Assembly (NCBI GenBank): GCA_023512725.1
Contig: JAILZB010000001.1
Span: 1,660 to 65,659 of the forward strand
Length of the DNA stretch: 64,000 nt
Direction of reading: 5' to 3'
DNA from: Chloroflexota bacterium
Lineage (GTDB): Bacteria > Chloroflexota > Dehalococcoidia > SpSt-223
Numbering within the stretch: position 1 is the stretch's first letter; the number at the start of each line of letters is the position of its first letter. A model generated the notes under the pieces. It was not told the origin of the DNA. It made no database searches and saw only the letters and a program-made list of their open reading frames with translations. Positions 36,791 through 46,956 of the stretch are shown here, piece by piece. A program made the position numbers and the translations under genes.

Positions 36791-37705
36791 CTACAGGCGC
36801 TGGCGCGGGTCGAAGATATCGCGCAGGCTATCGCCGAGAAAGTTGACGCCGACGACCGTCAAGGTAATGGCCAGCCCCGGAAAGACGCTCAGCCACCAGG
36901 CCCGGTCGAGGTAGCCGCGACCATCGCTCAGCATCCCGCCCCAGGTCGGTGTCGGTGGAGGGACGCCCAGCCCGAGGAACGAAAGTGCGCCTTCCGCCAC
37001 GATCAGCTGCGCCACGCTGAAGGTTGCGAGCACGATCACGGGCGAGAGCACGTTCGGCAGCAGATGGCGCAGCGCCACCCGGAGCTGAGAAGCCCCCAGG
37101 GCGATAGCCGCCTCGATGTACTCTTTTTCGCGCGCGGCCAGCACATCCCCGCGCACCACGCGGGCGAACTGCCCCCAGACGAAGGCGGTCAGCAGGATGA
37201 TCAGCTGCTGCAGCCCGGGCCCAAAGACTGCGATCACCGTCACCGCCACGATCAAGAACGGCACCGAGACGAGCGCATCGACCAGCCGCATCAGGAGGGC
37301 ATCGAGCGCACCGCCGATCAACCCGGCCAGGATCCCCAGCCCCACGCCGATCGTCCCGCCCAGAACCACCACGCTGAAGCTGAGAGCCAGAGAGATGCGG
37401 GCCCCGAAGAGCAGGCGGCTGAGAACATCGCGCCCGACCTGGTCGGTGCCAAGCCAGTAGGTCATGCTCTCGATGGCGTAGCCTGGTGGGCGGAGGCGGG
37501 AGACAATACGCTGCTGAAGCGGGTCGGCCGGTGCCAGCAGCGGAGCAGCGAGTGCAACCACCACGACCACGACGACCAGGCTCAGGCCGAGCAGCCCGCT
37601 GGGATTTCGCAGCAGCCCGGCCACCAGGCGCCCACTCAGCCCACGGCCGCGCGGCAGCCGAACGGGGGAAAGCTCGAGGGGCGCGCGTTGGACGGTCTCG
37701 GTCAT
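36791..37705 (-). CDS. ABC peptide/nickel-type transporter permease (DppC/OppC-like)
   Basis: Typical BPD_transp_1 EAA region: ...REKEYIEAAIALGASQLRVALRHLLPNV.... Confidence 0.9.
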   Translation of the reverse strand: MTETVQRAPLELSPVRLPRGRGLSGRLVAGLLRNPSGLLGLSLVVVVVVVALAAPLLAPADPLQQRIVSRLRPPGYAIESMTYWLGTDQVGRDVLSRLLFGARISLALSFSVVVLGGTIGVGLGILAGLIGGALDALLMRLVDALVSVPFLIVAVTVIAVFGPGLQQLIILLTAFVWGQFARVVRGDVLAAREKEYIEAAIALGASQLRVALRHLLPNVLSPVIVLATFSVAQLIVAEGALSFLGLGVPPPTPTWGGMLSDGRGYLDRAWWLSVFPGLAITLTVVGVNFLGDSLRDIFDPRQRL

Positions 37706-38622
37706 GCGCTCACCCGCACCCGCGGGTCGATCACCTGATAGAGCAGGTCGACCAGGGTGTTAATCAGCACCACGGCGATCGCGATCAGGAACACGGCAGC
37801 CTGGACGACGGGGTAGTCGCGCGTGAAGATGGCATCGACCAGCTGGCGCCCCAGCCCAGGCCAGCCGAAGATCGTCTCGACGATCACCGTCCCGCCGATG
37901 AGGGTGGAAAGGTCGAGGCCGAGGACGGTCACTACGGGGATGAGGGCATTCCGGAGGGCGTGGCGCCAGATGACGTCGCGCTCGCTGAGCCCCTTGGCGC
38001 GCGCCGTGCGAACGTAATCGGCGCTTAGCACCTCCAGCATGCCGGAACGGACCAGGCGGGTCGTCTTGGCGAGCAGCACCGTGCCGAGCGTCACTGCCGG
38101 CAGGATGAGCTGCTGGGGCGAGCCCCGGCCGAAGGGTGGTAACCACCCCAGCTGGACCGAGAAGAGGAGGATCAAGAGCAGCCCGAGGACGAAGGTCGGG
38201 ATGCTCTGGCCGATAAAGGCTACCGTCTGGGCGAGGAAGCCGGCCAGGCGGCCACGCTCGATAGCGGCAACGATCCCGAGCGGCAGCGCCACGCCCAGAG
38301 CAAGGGCAAAGCCCGTTCCAACCAGCTCAGCCGAGGCCGGGATGCGGCTCATCACCAGCCCCATGGCATCGCGGCGTGCCGTGAGGGAATCGCCGAACTG
38401 GAGGACGACCGCCTGGCGGAGGAAGCGCCAGTACTGGACGGGCAGGGGCTCGTTGAAGCCGTAGGCCTCGCGAATGCGAGCGACCACTGCGGGGTCAGCG
38501 TTCTCTCCCGCCAGCAGGGCGACTGGGTCACCAGAAGCGCGCAAGAGGAAGAACAGCAAGGTCGAAACGCCAAGCATCACCGCGATGAGCTGGAGAGCAC
38601 GCAACAGCAGCAGGCGGAGCAT
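37702..38622 (-). CDS. ABC peptide/nickel-type transporter permease (DppB/OppB-like)
   Basis: MLRLLLLRALQLIAVMLGVSTLLFFLLRASGDP...DYVRTARAKGLSERDVIWRHALRNA.... ATGA overlap with the downstream permease. Confidence 0.9.
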   Translation of the reverse strand: MLRLLLLRALQLIAVMLGVSTLLFFLLRASGDPVALLAGENADPAVVARIREAYGFNEPLPVQYWRFLRQAVVLQFGDSLTARRDAMGLVMSRIPASAELVGTGFALALGVALPLGIVAAIERGRLAGFLAQTVAFIGQSIPTFVLGLLLILLFSVQLGWLPPFGRGSPQQLILPAVTLGTVLLAKTTRLVRSGMLEVLSADYVRTARAKGLSERDVIWRHALRNALIPVVTVLGLDLSTLIGGTVIVETIFGWPGLGRQLVDAIFTRDYPVVQAAVFLIAIAVVLINTLVDLLYQVIDPRVRVSA

Positions 38623-38772
38623 GAGCGACCCAGGCTATCACCCGGTCTGGAATTTTGCAAGCGCAGCTCGGGAGAGGATACACCAGGGCGCGCTCGGGCG
38701 TCGAGCCGCACAGCGCCCGGGTGTCCCGGCGTGGGCCGGGGCAGTGGCGTAGAATCGAGGGCAGAGGTGCAG

Positions 38773-40113
38773 ATGTTCGACTCGCTCTCGGAGAAGCTCC
38801 AGACCGTCTTTCGGCGGCTTGCCGGGAAAGGTCGCCTCGACGAGCGGGATATCGACGAGGCGATGAAAGAAGTCCGCCGGGCCTTGCTGGAGGCGGATGT
38901 CAACTTCAAAGTCGTCCGCCAGTTTGAAGCGCGGGTCAAGGAGCGGGCGCTCGGCGCTGAGGTGCTCCAGAGCCTGACACCCGCCCAGCAGGTGATCAAG
39001 ATCGTCCACGACGAGCTGGTGGCGATGCTCGGGGGCAGCACCAACCGGCTGGCCACAGCGCCGCAGCCACCGACCGTGGTGATGCTGGTGGGCCTGCAGG
39101 GCTCCGGCAAGACGACGACTGCCGCCAAACTCGCGCTCATGCTGCGCCGGGGAGGCCAGCGGCCGCTCCTGGTGGCGGCCGACGTCCGTCGCCCAGCCGC
39201 GATCGACCAACTCGTTACCCTGGGCAAGCAGCTCGACCTGCCAGTCTACCGGGAGGACCCGGCCACCGGCGCCCTCGCCATCTGTCGGAACGCCATCCGC
39301 CACGCGCGGGAGCTGAACGCGAGCCACCTGATCCTCGACACGGCCGGCCGACTGGCGATCGACGAAGAGATGATGCGAGAGGTCGTGGCGATCCGGGATG
39401 CCCTACGGCCGACCGAGACCCTCCTGGTCGCCGATGCAATGACGGGGCAGGATGCCGTCCGTACCGCCGAGGCCTTCCACCAGCGCCTTGGCCTGACGGG
39501 ATTGATCCTGACCAAGGTGGATGGGGATGCCCGCGGTGGCGCAGCGCTCTCCATCCGCGCGGTGACAGGCGTTCCGATCAAGTTCCTGGGGGTCGGCGAG
39601 AAGCCGGACGCCCTCGAACCGTTCCATCCCGACCGGCTGGCCTCGCGCATCCTGGGCATGGGTGATGTGCTCACCCTGATCGAGCGGGCACAAGCCGCCT
39701 TCGATCAGGAGCAGGCGCTCAAGCTCCAGAAGAAGCTTCGCCAGGCGACCTTCGACCTGGAGGACTTCCTGGGCCAGCTTCAGCAGCTGAAGAAGATGGG
39801 GCCGCTTCAGCAGGTGCTGGAGCTGATCCCAGGCATGGGGCGATTGACGAAAAGTTTGCCCGGCGGCGGGATCAGCGAGCGCGAGCTGAAGCGGATCGAG
39901 GCGATCATCTTCTCGATGACGCCAGAAGAGCGGCGCAACCCTGAGATCCTGAATGGCAGCCGCCGCCGCCGGATCGCGCTCGGCAGTGGGACTACCCCGG
40001 CGGATGTCAACGCGCTGGTCAAGCAGTTCTTCGAAACCCGCAAGCTGATGAAGCAGCTGGCGCATGCTCGGCCAGGGCGCTCTCCCGGCGGCCTCCCGCG
40101 CCTGCCGTTCTGA
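38773..40113 (+). CDS. ffh: Signal recognition particle protein Ffh
   Basis: MFDSLSEKLQTVFRRLAGKGRL...MLVGLQGSGKTTTAAKLA...DTAGRL...KVDGDARGGAALS... plus a Met-rich M domain. Confidence 0.95.
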   Translation: MFDSLSEKLQTVFRRLAGKGRLDERDIDEAMKEVRRALLEADVNFKVVRQFEARVKERALGAEVLQSLTPAQQVIKIVHDELVAMLGGSTNRLATAPQPPTVVMLVGLQGSGKTTTAAKLALMLRRGGQRPLLVAADVRRPAAIDQLVTLGKQLDLPVYREDPATGALAICRNAIRHARELNASHLILDTAGRLAIDEEMMREVVAIRDALRPTETLLVADAMTGQDAVRTAEAFHQRLGLTGLILTKVDGDARGGAALSIRAVTGVPIKFLGVGEKPDALEPFHPDRLASRILGMGDVLTLIERAQAAFDQEQALKLQKKLRQATFDLEDFLGQLQQLKKMGPLQQVLELIPGMGRLTKSLPGGGISERELKRIEAIIFSMTPEERRNPEILNGSRRRRIALGSGTTPADVNALVKQFFETRKLMKQLAHARPGRSPGGLPRLPF

Positions 40114-40168
40114 ACGTTCGTCGAGCACGATATACTTCCGACGTCCCTGCGCCGTAGAAGGGAAACGC

Positions 40169-41593
40169 GTGGGGACGCCCACTGACGGAGCCAGAGGCGT
40201 GCTAAGTACCGAGACTGCGCCCGAGCGCACTGCGTCCCGAGCCGAGCTGGCCGGAGGGCTGGTTGCTGCCGTCGAGCCGGGGAGCGCGGCAGAGCGGGCG
40301 GGCATCCGGCCGGGTGACCGGGTCCTAGCGCTGGATGGCAAGCCCCTGGTGGATGAGCTGACCCTCCGCTTCTTCCAGGACCGTCCGCGCCTGCGCCTGA
40401 CTGTGCGCCGGGGGGAGGAGGAGCAACTCCTACTCGTCCGCAAGCCGGCCGCAGCCAGCCTCGGTCTCCAGTTCGCCGATGGCCTGTTCGATGGGGTGCG
40501 GGAGTGCAACAACCGCTGCTCCTTCTGCTTTCTCAAGGGGCTCCCCGCCGGGCTGCGACGCTCGCTCTACTTCAAAGATGACGACTACCGCTTGAGCTTC
40601 CTCTCGGGGAGTTTCGTCACCCTCACGAACCTGAGCCCGCAGGACTGGCAGCGGATCGCCCGCGAGCGGCTCAGCCCGCTTTACGTCTCGGTCCACGCCA
40701 CCGACCCCGCCCTACGGCGTGTCCTGCTGGGCAACCCCACCGCGCCAGATATCCGCGAGCAGCTCCGCTGGCTGCGCGACCACGGCATCCAGGTCCACAC
40801 CCAGCTCGTCATCCTGCCGGGCGTGAACGATGGCGCCGTGCTCGCCCGTTCGATCGAAGAGCTCGCCGCGCTGACGCCGAGCGTGCAGTCGATCGGAGTG
40901 GTGCCGGTCGGTCTCTCCGAACGGGGAGCGTTCAGCCAGCACCTCAGCCCCGACCTCGCCCTGCGGCTGCACCAGCGCACCGTGCGCCCGCGATCGGCAA
41001 CCACTGCCGAAGCGCGGGAGGTGATCGCGCTCGTCACGCCGTTCCAGCGACGGTTCCGCCGTCAGTTCGGGCGCGACCTGGTCTACCTTGCCGACGAGTA
41101 CTACCTACGGGCGGGGATGCCCGTGCCGCCACGCTCGCGCTACGATGGCTACCCCCAGTACCAGAACGGGATCGGCATGGTGCGCGACTTGCTGGAGGAA
41201 GCCAAGCTGGTACGACGGCGGCCGCCCGTGCTGCGGCGCCCCCGGCGGCTGACGGCGGTCTGCGGCGAGCTGATCGCGCCAGTCCTCCAGCCGCTCCTGG
41301 CCGACCTGATGGCGACGATCCCCGGGCTCACGATTGCGCTGGTGCCGGTGCGCAACCGTTTCTTCGGGCCGTCCGTGACCGCCTCGGGCCTGCTGACGCG
41401 GACGGATGTCGAGCAGGCGCTACGCGGGCGGGAGCTGGGCGATGCGCTTGCCATTCCGCGGGCGATGCTCGACAGCGCGGGCCAGCGTTTCCTAGACGAA
41501 GGCACCCCGGCTGACCTGGCGCAAGCCCTCGGCGTGCCGGTGGTGCCCGTGGCGGGCCTGCGCGAACTCGTGCGCTGGGTGGCATGCCAGTGA
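40169..41593 (+). CDS. PDZ - radical SAM - DUF512 protein
   Basis: PDZ (VEPGSAAERAGIRPGDRVLALDG), CNNRCSFCF (CX3CX2C), then ...YFKDDDYRLSFLSGSFVTLTNL..., typical of DUF512 proteins. GTG 40169 chosen as start. The track ATG 40064 would overlap ffh by 50 nt. Confidence 0.8.
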   Translation: MGTPTDGARGVLSTETAPERTASRAELAGGLVAAVEPGSAAERAGIRPGDRVLALDGKPLVDELTLRFFQDRPRLRLTVRRGEEEQLLLVRKPAAASLGLQFADGLFDGVRECNNRCSFCFLKGLPAGLRRSLYFKDDDYRLSFLSGSFVTLTNLSPQDWQRIARERLSPLYVSVHATDPALRRVLLGNPTAPDIREQLRWLRDHGIQVHTQLVILPGVNDGAVLARSIEELAALTPSVQSIGVVPVGLSERGAFSQHLSPDLALRLHQRTVRPRSATTAEAREVIALVTPFQRRFRRQFGRDLVYLADEYYLRAGMPVPPRSRYDGYPQYQNGIGMVRDLLEEAKLVRRRPPVLRRPRRLTAVCGELIAPVLQPLLADLMATIPGLTIALVPVRNRFFGPSVTASGLLTRTDVEQALRGRELGDALAIPRAMLDSAGQRFLDEGTPADLAQALGVPVVPVAGLRELVRWVACQ

Positions 41594-42705
41594 CGGGTGC
41601 CGAGCGCCGCCAGGCGGCAGGGGACCTCATGAGCTATGCGCGCGAAGCTGGCGCAGCGGCGGTGCCCCAGCTCCTGGCGCTGCTCGAGGAGCCAGCGCAG
41701 CGCCTGGAAGCGATCCATGCGCTCGGTGCTACCCACTCACCGGCAGCCGTAGCCCCCCTGCGTGCGCTCGCCCAGGACCCCGACCGCGCAACCCGGAAAG
41801 CGGCCCGCGCCGCCCTGCATCGGCTGCGCTCCGCCGGGGTAGCCATCGAGGAGGAGAGACTAGCGCCCCCTGGGCCAGCCTCTCCCCTGCTGGGCGCCCT
41901 CGCGAGCCCCTTCGACCGGGCTGGGTCGCAGCTGGTGCGGCTGTTTGTCCGCGGGCCGCTTGGGAGCCAGCGTGAACTCGTGGTCGAGCTCAACGCCTGG
42001 ACTGGGGTCGAAGGGGTCGGACGGCGGGATCTGACCCGGCCAGTCGCTGAAGTTTTCCGCGAGGCGACGACTGCCCCCGCTGCGGGAAGCGACCTGCGCT
42101 GGTTTGCCCTGCCCACCGACTACGCGGCCCACCTGCTCCGGGAGGCGATGAAGCGGAACACGGTAGCGGGGGCAGGCTTGCCGGTAGAGTTCACGGAGGT
42201 AGCGCGCTTCCTGCCGGAAGATGACCCCTACGCCGAGCCGCTCGTCTACCGCTTCGTCCGACCGGTCGAGGTCAAGCTGGACCCGACCCTGCTGGAAAGC
42301 GCGGGAGCGCTGCTCGATGAGCCGGAACTCGCGGCGATCGGGTTGCCACCGGCACGGGTCGCTCCCTTTCAGGAAGAAGCCCGTCGCCTGCTGGGCACCC
42401 CCCGCCTGGTCACGCTCGCGCCGAATGAGGTGCGAGTAGCCGGCCTGCTCCAACGTGCCCACCGCGCCCTGCTCGACCTGCCCACCCGGCAAGCGCTGCG
42501 CACCATCCTGGAAGAGACGGCAGCCTTCTTCTGGCTGAGCGACCGCCGCCTGGCCGCGCGCCGGGCAGTCGCGGCTGCCCTTGCCCTGACCGAATCCGAG
42601 AGTGGAGAGACGCCCTTCAGCCGCCGCCTGGTCGCGCGTGAAGTGCTGGGTGCGGCAGCCAGCGGCGAAGGAGCGGCGCGCACTAGCGGGCTATGGGTGC
42701 CCTAG
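41584..42705 (+). CDS. Hypothetical protein with N-terminal HEAT-like repeats
   Basis: ...VPQLLALLEEPAQRLEAIHALGATHSPAAVAPLRALAQDPDRATRKAARAAL... is a HEAT_2-like pattern. Overlaps both neighbouring genes by a few nt. Confidence 0.6.
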   Translation: MPVTGAERRQAAGDLMSYAREAGAAAVPQLLALLEEPAQRLEAIHALGATHSPAAVAPLRALAQDPDRATRKAARAALHRLRSAGVAIEEERLAPPGPASPLLGALASPFDRAGSQLVRLFVRGPLGSQRELVVELNAWTGVEGVGRRDLTRPVAEVFREATTAPAAGSDLRWFALPTDYAAHLLREAMKRNTVAGAGLPVEFTEVARFLPEDDPYAEPLVYRFVRPVEVKLDPTLLESAGALLDEPELAAIGLPPARVAPFQEEARRLLGTPRLVTLAPNEVRVAGLLQRAHRALLDLPTRQALRTILEETAAFFWLSDRRLAARRAVAAALALTESESGETPFSRRLVAREVLGAAASGEGAARTSGLWVP

Positions 42706-44381
42706 CGCTTGTGACAGTACCGGACATCACCTGGCTGCCAGCGCTGGCTGCGGCGGGCGAGGGGGTTCCCCGCCTCGTGCTGCAGCTGGCGATCATCCTC
42801 CTGGCTGCTAAGCTGGGCGGAGAGTTGTTCGAGCGCTGGCTGAAGCAGCCGGCAGTGCTGGGTGAGCTGGCAGGTGGGATGCTGGTCGGGCCGTATGCCC
42901 TCGGCAGCTTCCCTCTTCCGGGTGTCGGACCACTCTTTCCACCACCCGCTGCGACTGGGACGATACCCGTTCCGGAGACGATCTATTTCCTCGCCCAGTT
43001 TGCCTCGGTGATCTTGCTGTTCGCTTCCGGCCTGGAGACGGACTTTCGCGGCTTTATGCGGTTCGGGCTGACCGCCAGTATCGTGGCGGTCGGGGGCGTG
43101 GTCCTGCCGTTCGTGGCTGGTGCGATGAGTGCGGCACTCGCGGGGCTGGCGCCGAGTGTGTTCGATGCGCGGGCCCTCATCCTGGGTGCCCTCCTGACGG
43201 CGACCAGCGTGGGAATTACGGCCCGGATCCTGAGCGATATCGGCAAGCTCGATACCCCCGAGGGCGTCACGATCCTGACGGCTGCGGTGATCGACGATGT
43301 CCTGGGCATCCTGGTGCTAGCGGTGGTACTGGCGGTGGAGAGTGGAGCGGGTGGTGGCTCGCTGGCTGAGCTCGCCCTGACCGGTGGGCGGGCGCTTGGG
43401 GTCTGGATCGTGCTGACCGGGCTGCTGATTGTGCTGGGGGGCGTGGTCAGTCGTGCCCTGGGCTGGTTCCGTTCCGCGGGGGCGGCCCTGGCCACGGCGC
43501 TGGCGCTGGCGGCCTTCAGTGCCTTCGTAGCCCAGAGCGCCGGGCTGGCCCTGATCATCGGTGCCTATTCGGCCGGGCTGGCCCTCTCACGGACGCGCGC
43601 CCGTGAACTGCTCGCGCCCCAGATCCGGCCGGTGTACGAGGCGCTGGTGCCCATCTTCTTTGTCGTGATGGGCATGCTGGTCGACTTCCGAGCGACGGGA
43701 CCACTCCTGGGCTTCGGCCTGCTGCTCAGTCTGGTCGCGCTCCTCACGAAGCTGGTCGGCTGCGGCCTCCCAGCGCTCGCGCTCGGCTTCCGGCCGCTCG
43801 GGGCGCTGCGGATCGGTGTCGGGATGGCGCCGCGGGGCGAGGTGGCGCTCATCGTGGCTGGGCTGGCGCTCACCACCGGCTTGATCGGGACCGACCTCTT
43901 CGGCGTGGCCGTGCTGGTAACGCTGGTGACTACCGTCGCCCCACCAGTGCTGCTGGTCCCGATCTTTCAGCGTGGCGGCTCGGGCCTGCGCCGGGTGCCG
44001 GTGACGCCGCCTCTGGTTGAGAGCGGGCTTGGGCTGACCCTCCCGGGCGACCTCTTCCGTGTCTTCTTGCCGCGCCTCCTCCAGGCCCTGGAGAGCGAGG
44101 GGTTTCGCCTGGCCCTCCAGCTGACTACGCCGAGCGGCGAGGATGTCTACGAGCTCCAGCGGGAGGGGGAGGTCATTAGCCTCCGGAGCAGTGCGCAGGA
44201 CCATGAAGTACGCGTTGTCATCGAAGCGACCCTCCCCGATTGGCAGGCGCTCGTCGCCGCGGCGCTCCAGCGGGCAGCTCGCGCCGCGGCCAGCGAGATC
44301 GAGGAGGGGACGCGGCGCCTGGTCGCGGCGCTCGGGCAGTCGTCCACGCCCCTGAGCCCGGAAGCAGCCCAGGGGCGCTGA
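42693..44381 (+). CDS. Cation:proton antiporter (CPA2/Kef-type Na_H_Exchanger) with uncharacterised cytosolic C-terminal domain
   Basis: LQLAIILLAAKLGGELFERWLKQPAVLGELAGGMLVGP is the typical start. 12-13 TM segments, then about 150 aa soluble tail with no obvious GxGxxG. Confidence 0.85.
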   Translation: MGALALVTVPDITWLPALAAAGEGVPRLVLQLAIILLAAKLGGELFERWLKQPAVLGELAGGMLVGPYALGSFPLPGVGPLFPPPAATGTIPVPETIYFLAQFASVILLFASGLETDFRGFMRFGLTASIVAVGGVVLPFVAGAMSAALAGLAPSVFDARALILGALLTATSVGITARILSDIGKLDTPEGVTILTAAVIDDVLGILVLAVVLAVESGAGGGSLAELALTGGRALGVWIVLTGLLIVLGGVVSRALGWFRSAGAALATALALAAFSAFVAQSAGLALIIGAYSAGLALSRTRARELLAPQIRPVYEALVPIFFVVMGMLVDFRATGPLLGFGLLLSLVALLTKLVGCGLPALALGFRPLGALRIGVGMAPRGEVALIVAGLALTTGLIGTDLFGVAVLVTLVTTVAPPVLLVPIFQRGGSGLRRVPVTPPLVESGLGLTLPGDLFRVFLPRLLQALESEGFRLALQLTTPSGEDVYELQREGEVISLRSSAQDHEVRVVIEATLPDWQALVAAALQRAARAAASEIEEGTRRLVAALGQSSTPLSPEAAQGR

Positions 44382-44388
44382 AGCCGCG

Positions 44389-45369
44389 CTAGCGCCGGCG
44401 GTAGTGGAAAACGCCGTTGCGCAGCACCTTTTCGACCGCTCCCTGCCGGCGCAGGTACTCCAGGTGGGCGAGCGTTTCCATCACCGCGGCGCGGCGGGTG
44501 AGGGCATTGAAGCTGCTGAACTCCCCAACGTTCCAGCGGACACTCGCGGCCACGGCGTAGGCTGTCTTCGGCTCGTCGTTGAGGGCGGCCACCATCTGGT
44601 CCAACCGCTCGCGGTGATGAGCTTCGATCTCACGGATGCGCTGGGAGAGCCCCGTGAAAACGTGTTCGTGGGCGGGAAGCACCAGGTCGACGGGGAGGTC
44701 GGCCAGCTTGTGGAGCGAGGCGAGGTAGTCGCCGAGCGGGTTCTCGCCGGCCTCGGGATGGAGGCTGATATTCGGTGTGATGCCGGGCAGGATGTGGTCG
44801 CCCGAGATCAGCAGCCGGCGGGCCGGGTTGAAGAGCACGATGTGCCCTGGTGTGTGGCCGGGGGTGTGGATCACGGTCCAATCCTGCCCGCCCAGCGAGA
44901 GGACCTCCCCCCCGACGACTACCGCATCGGGGTCGACTTCGGCGACGAACCGACGGGCGGGCACACTGGCCGTCTGGAGTTCGGGCATCTCATCTTCCGG
45001 AACGCCGTGGGAAAGCAACCAGTCGGCCATGGCATCGAGCAGTTTGCTGTAGGAGCGGTAACGGGTCTCGACGAACGGTTTCTCCAGCTCGTGGAAGATG
45101 ATGCGCGCGTTGGTCTCGTGCTTGATCCGGCCGGCCAGGCCGAAGTGGTCCGGGTGCAGGTGGGTGATCACCACCGTACGAATGTCCTTGAGGGAGCCCC
45201 CAGCCTGCTCGACCTGGGTACGTAGCTCCTCGAAAGCGCCAGGCGTGCCCCAGCCAGCATCGACCAGGGCAGCCTCGTGGTCGCTCGCGATCAGGTAGGC
45301 GAACACCGAGAAGGTCGGATTGCTGGGCATGGTAAAGCGGATCTGATGGATACCCGGCGCGACTTCCAT
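44389..45369 (-). CDS. MBL-fold metallo-hydrolase
   Basis: ATG 45369 (MEVAPGIHQIRF...). ITHLHPDHFG (HxHxDH) and HTPGHTPGH. Confidence 0.9.
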   Translation of the reverse strand: MEVAPGIHQIRFTMPSNPTFSVFAYLIASDHEAALVDAGWGTPGAFEELRTQVEQAGGSLKDIRTVVITHLHPDHFGLAGRIKHETNARIIFHELEKPFVETRYRSYSKLLDAMADWLLSHGVPEDEMPELQTASVPARRFVAEVDPDAVVVGGEVLSLGGQDWTVIHTPGHTPGHIVLFNPARRLLISGDHILPGITPNISLHPEAGENPLGDYLASLHKLADLPVDLVLPAHEHVFTGLSQRIREIEAHHRERLDQMVAALNDEPKTAYAVAASVRWNVGEFSSFNALTRRAAVMETLAHLEYLRRQGAVEKVLRNGVFHYRRR

Positions 45370-45418
45370 TACAGCACCTCCGGGAGGCCGTCGGGCGCGG
45401 GAAACCAACGGGGGCCGC

Positions 45419-46918
45419 TCACGTCGCGCCGTCCGCCACGCTGGCGACTGCTGCCAATTGGGCAGCCGCCGCACGTAGACGAGCCACCGCAACCTCCTGC
45501 CCCAGGGCGACGAGGGTACGGTCGAGCTCGGGGGTCTGCGTTCGGCCGGTCACCGCAACGCGGATGGGCATGAAAAGCTGGCCGCGCTTGAGGCCGAGTT
45601 CGGCCACCACCCGGTCCAGCGCTGCCAGCACCTGGGCCTCGGTGAACACGGGAAGGGCAGCCAGCTCCTCAGCGGCCCGCAGCAAGCCCCGCTGGAGCGT
45701 CTCAGCCGGGACTCCTTTGACCAGCAAGTCGGGCAGGTGTACCTCGACACTGGGAAGGAAGAAATAGACCAGGAGGTCGGCGGCATCGGCCAGGGTCGCG
45801 AGCCGCTCCTGGACGAGCGGGACCAGCTGGCGCACGCGCTCCCGGGAGATCGGTCGGGGGACACTCGTGGGGAGGTCGCGCTCGAGGAAGGGAAGCAAGC
45901 GGTCGGTCAGCTCCTCCGGCGAGAGACGGCGGATGTAGACCCCGTTGAGCCAGCGGAGCTTCTCGGGATTGAAGATGGCGCCCGCCTTGCTCAGGCGATC
46001 CAGCGTGAAGTAGGCGATCAGCGTGGAGCAGTCGATCACCTCAGTATGATCGTCGAGCGACCAGCCGAGCAGAGCGAGAAAGTTAACCATCGCTTCCGGC
46101 AGGTAGCCCGCCTCGCGATAGTCGAGCAAGGCGGTTGCCCCGTGGCGTTTGGAGAGCTTCTTCTTATCAGGTCCCAGCACGTCCGGGAGGTGGACGTAGA
46201 CCGGAAGGGGCCAGCCAAGGGCGGAATGGAGCTGGACGAATTTTGGGGTGCTGGGAACGAATTCTTCCGCCCGCAGGACGTGGGTGATCCGCATGTCGTG
46301 GTCGTCGACGACGTGGGCGAAGTTGTAGGTGGGGTAGCCGTCGGACTTCAGCAGGACGAAGTCGTCGAGGGTGCGGTTCTCGACCGTGATCTCGCCGCGC
46401 AGCTCATCGTGCCAGGTTGTCTCGCCGCTGAGCGGCATGGCGAATCGGATCACCGGCCGGCGGCCTTCGGCAGCCAGCGCGGCCAGGCGGGCAGCCCGCT
46501 CCTCCGGGGAAAGAGTGCGGCAGGTCCGGTCGTAGCCGGGGGGAAGGCCGGCGGCGCGCTGGCGTTCTCGCATGGCGGCAAGCTGCTCGGCCGAGCAGAA
46601 GCAGGGGTACGCATGACCCGAGGCGACCAGCGCCTCGGCCACGTCGTGGTAGCGAGCAAGCCGCTGGGACTGGACGTAGGGGCCGTACGGTCCGCCCACG
46701 CCCGGTCCCTCGTCGGGGTCGAGGCCGAGCCAGTGGAGCGATTCGATGATGTTCTCGATGGCGCCAGGGACCTCGCGCTCCTTATCGGTGTCCTCGATCC
46801 GCAGTATGAAAGTGCCGCCGTGATGACGGGCGAACAGCCAGTTGAAAAGGGCGGTACGGGCAGCGCCGAGGTGGAGTGAGCCGGTTGGGCTCGGAGCGAA
46901 GCGCACTCGAACGGTCAT
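45419..46918 (-). CDS. gltX: Glutamate--tRNA ligase
   Basis: VRVRFAPSPTGSLHLGAARTALFNWLFAR...ILRIEDTD...KLSKR (HIGH/KMSKS class I motifs). Confidence 0.95.
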   Translation of the reverse strand: MTVRVRFAPSPTGSLHLGAARTALFNWLFARHHGGTFILRIEDTDKEREVPGAIENIIESLHWLGLDPDEGPGVGGPYGPYVQSQRLARYHDVAEALVASGHAYPCFCSAEQLAAMRERQRAAGLPPGYDRTCRTLSPEERAARLAALAAEGRRPVIRFAMPLSGETTWHDELRGEITVENRTLDDFVLLKSDGYPTYNFAHVVDDHDMRITHVLRAEEFVPSTPKFVQLHSALGWPLPVYVHLPDVLGPDKKKLSKRHGATALLDYREAGYLPEAMVNFLALLGWSLDDHTEVIDCSTLIAYFTLDRLSKAGAIFNPEKLRWLNGVYIRRLSPEELTDRLLPFLERDLPTSVPRPISRERVRQLVPLVQERLATLADAADLLVYFFLPSVEVHLPDLLVKGVPAETLQRGLLRAAEELAALPVFTEAQVLAALDRVVAELGLKRGQLFMPIRVAVTGRTQTPELDRTLVALGQEVAVARLRAAAAQLAAVASVADGAT

Positions 46919-46956
46919 AGCGCAAGGAGTATACAAGGAGCTGGGCGGGCTGCCGG

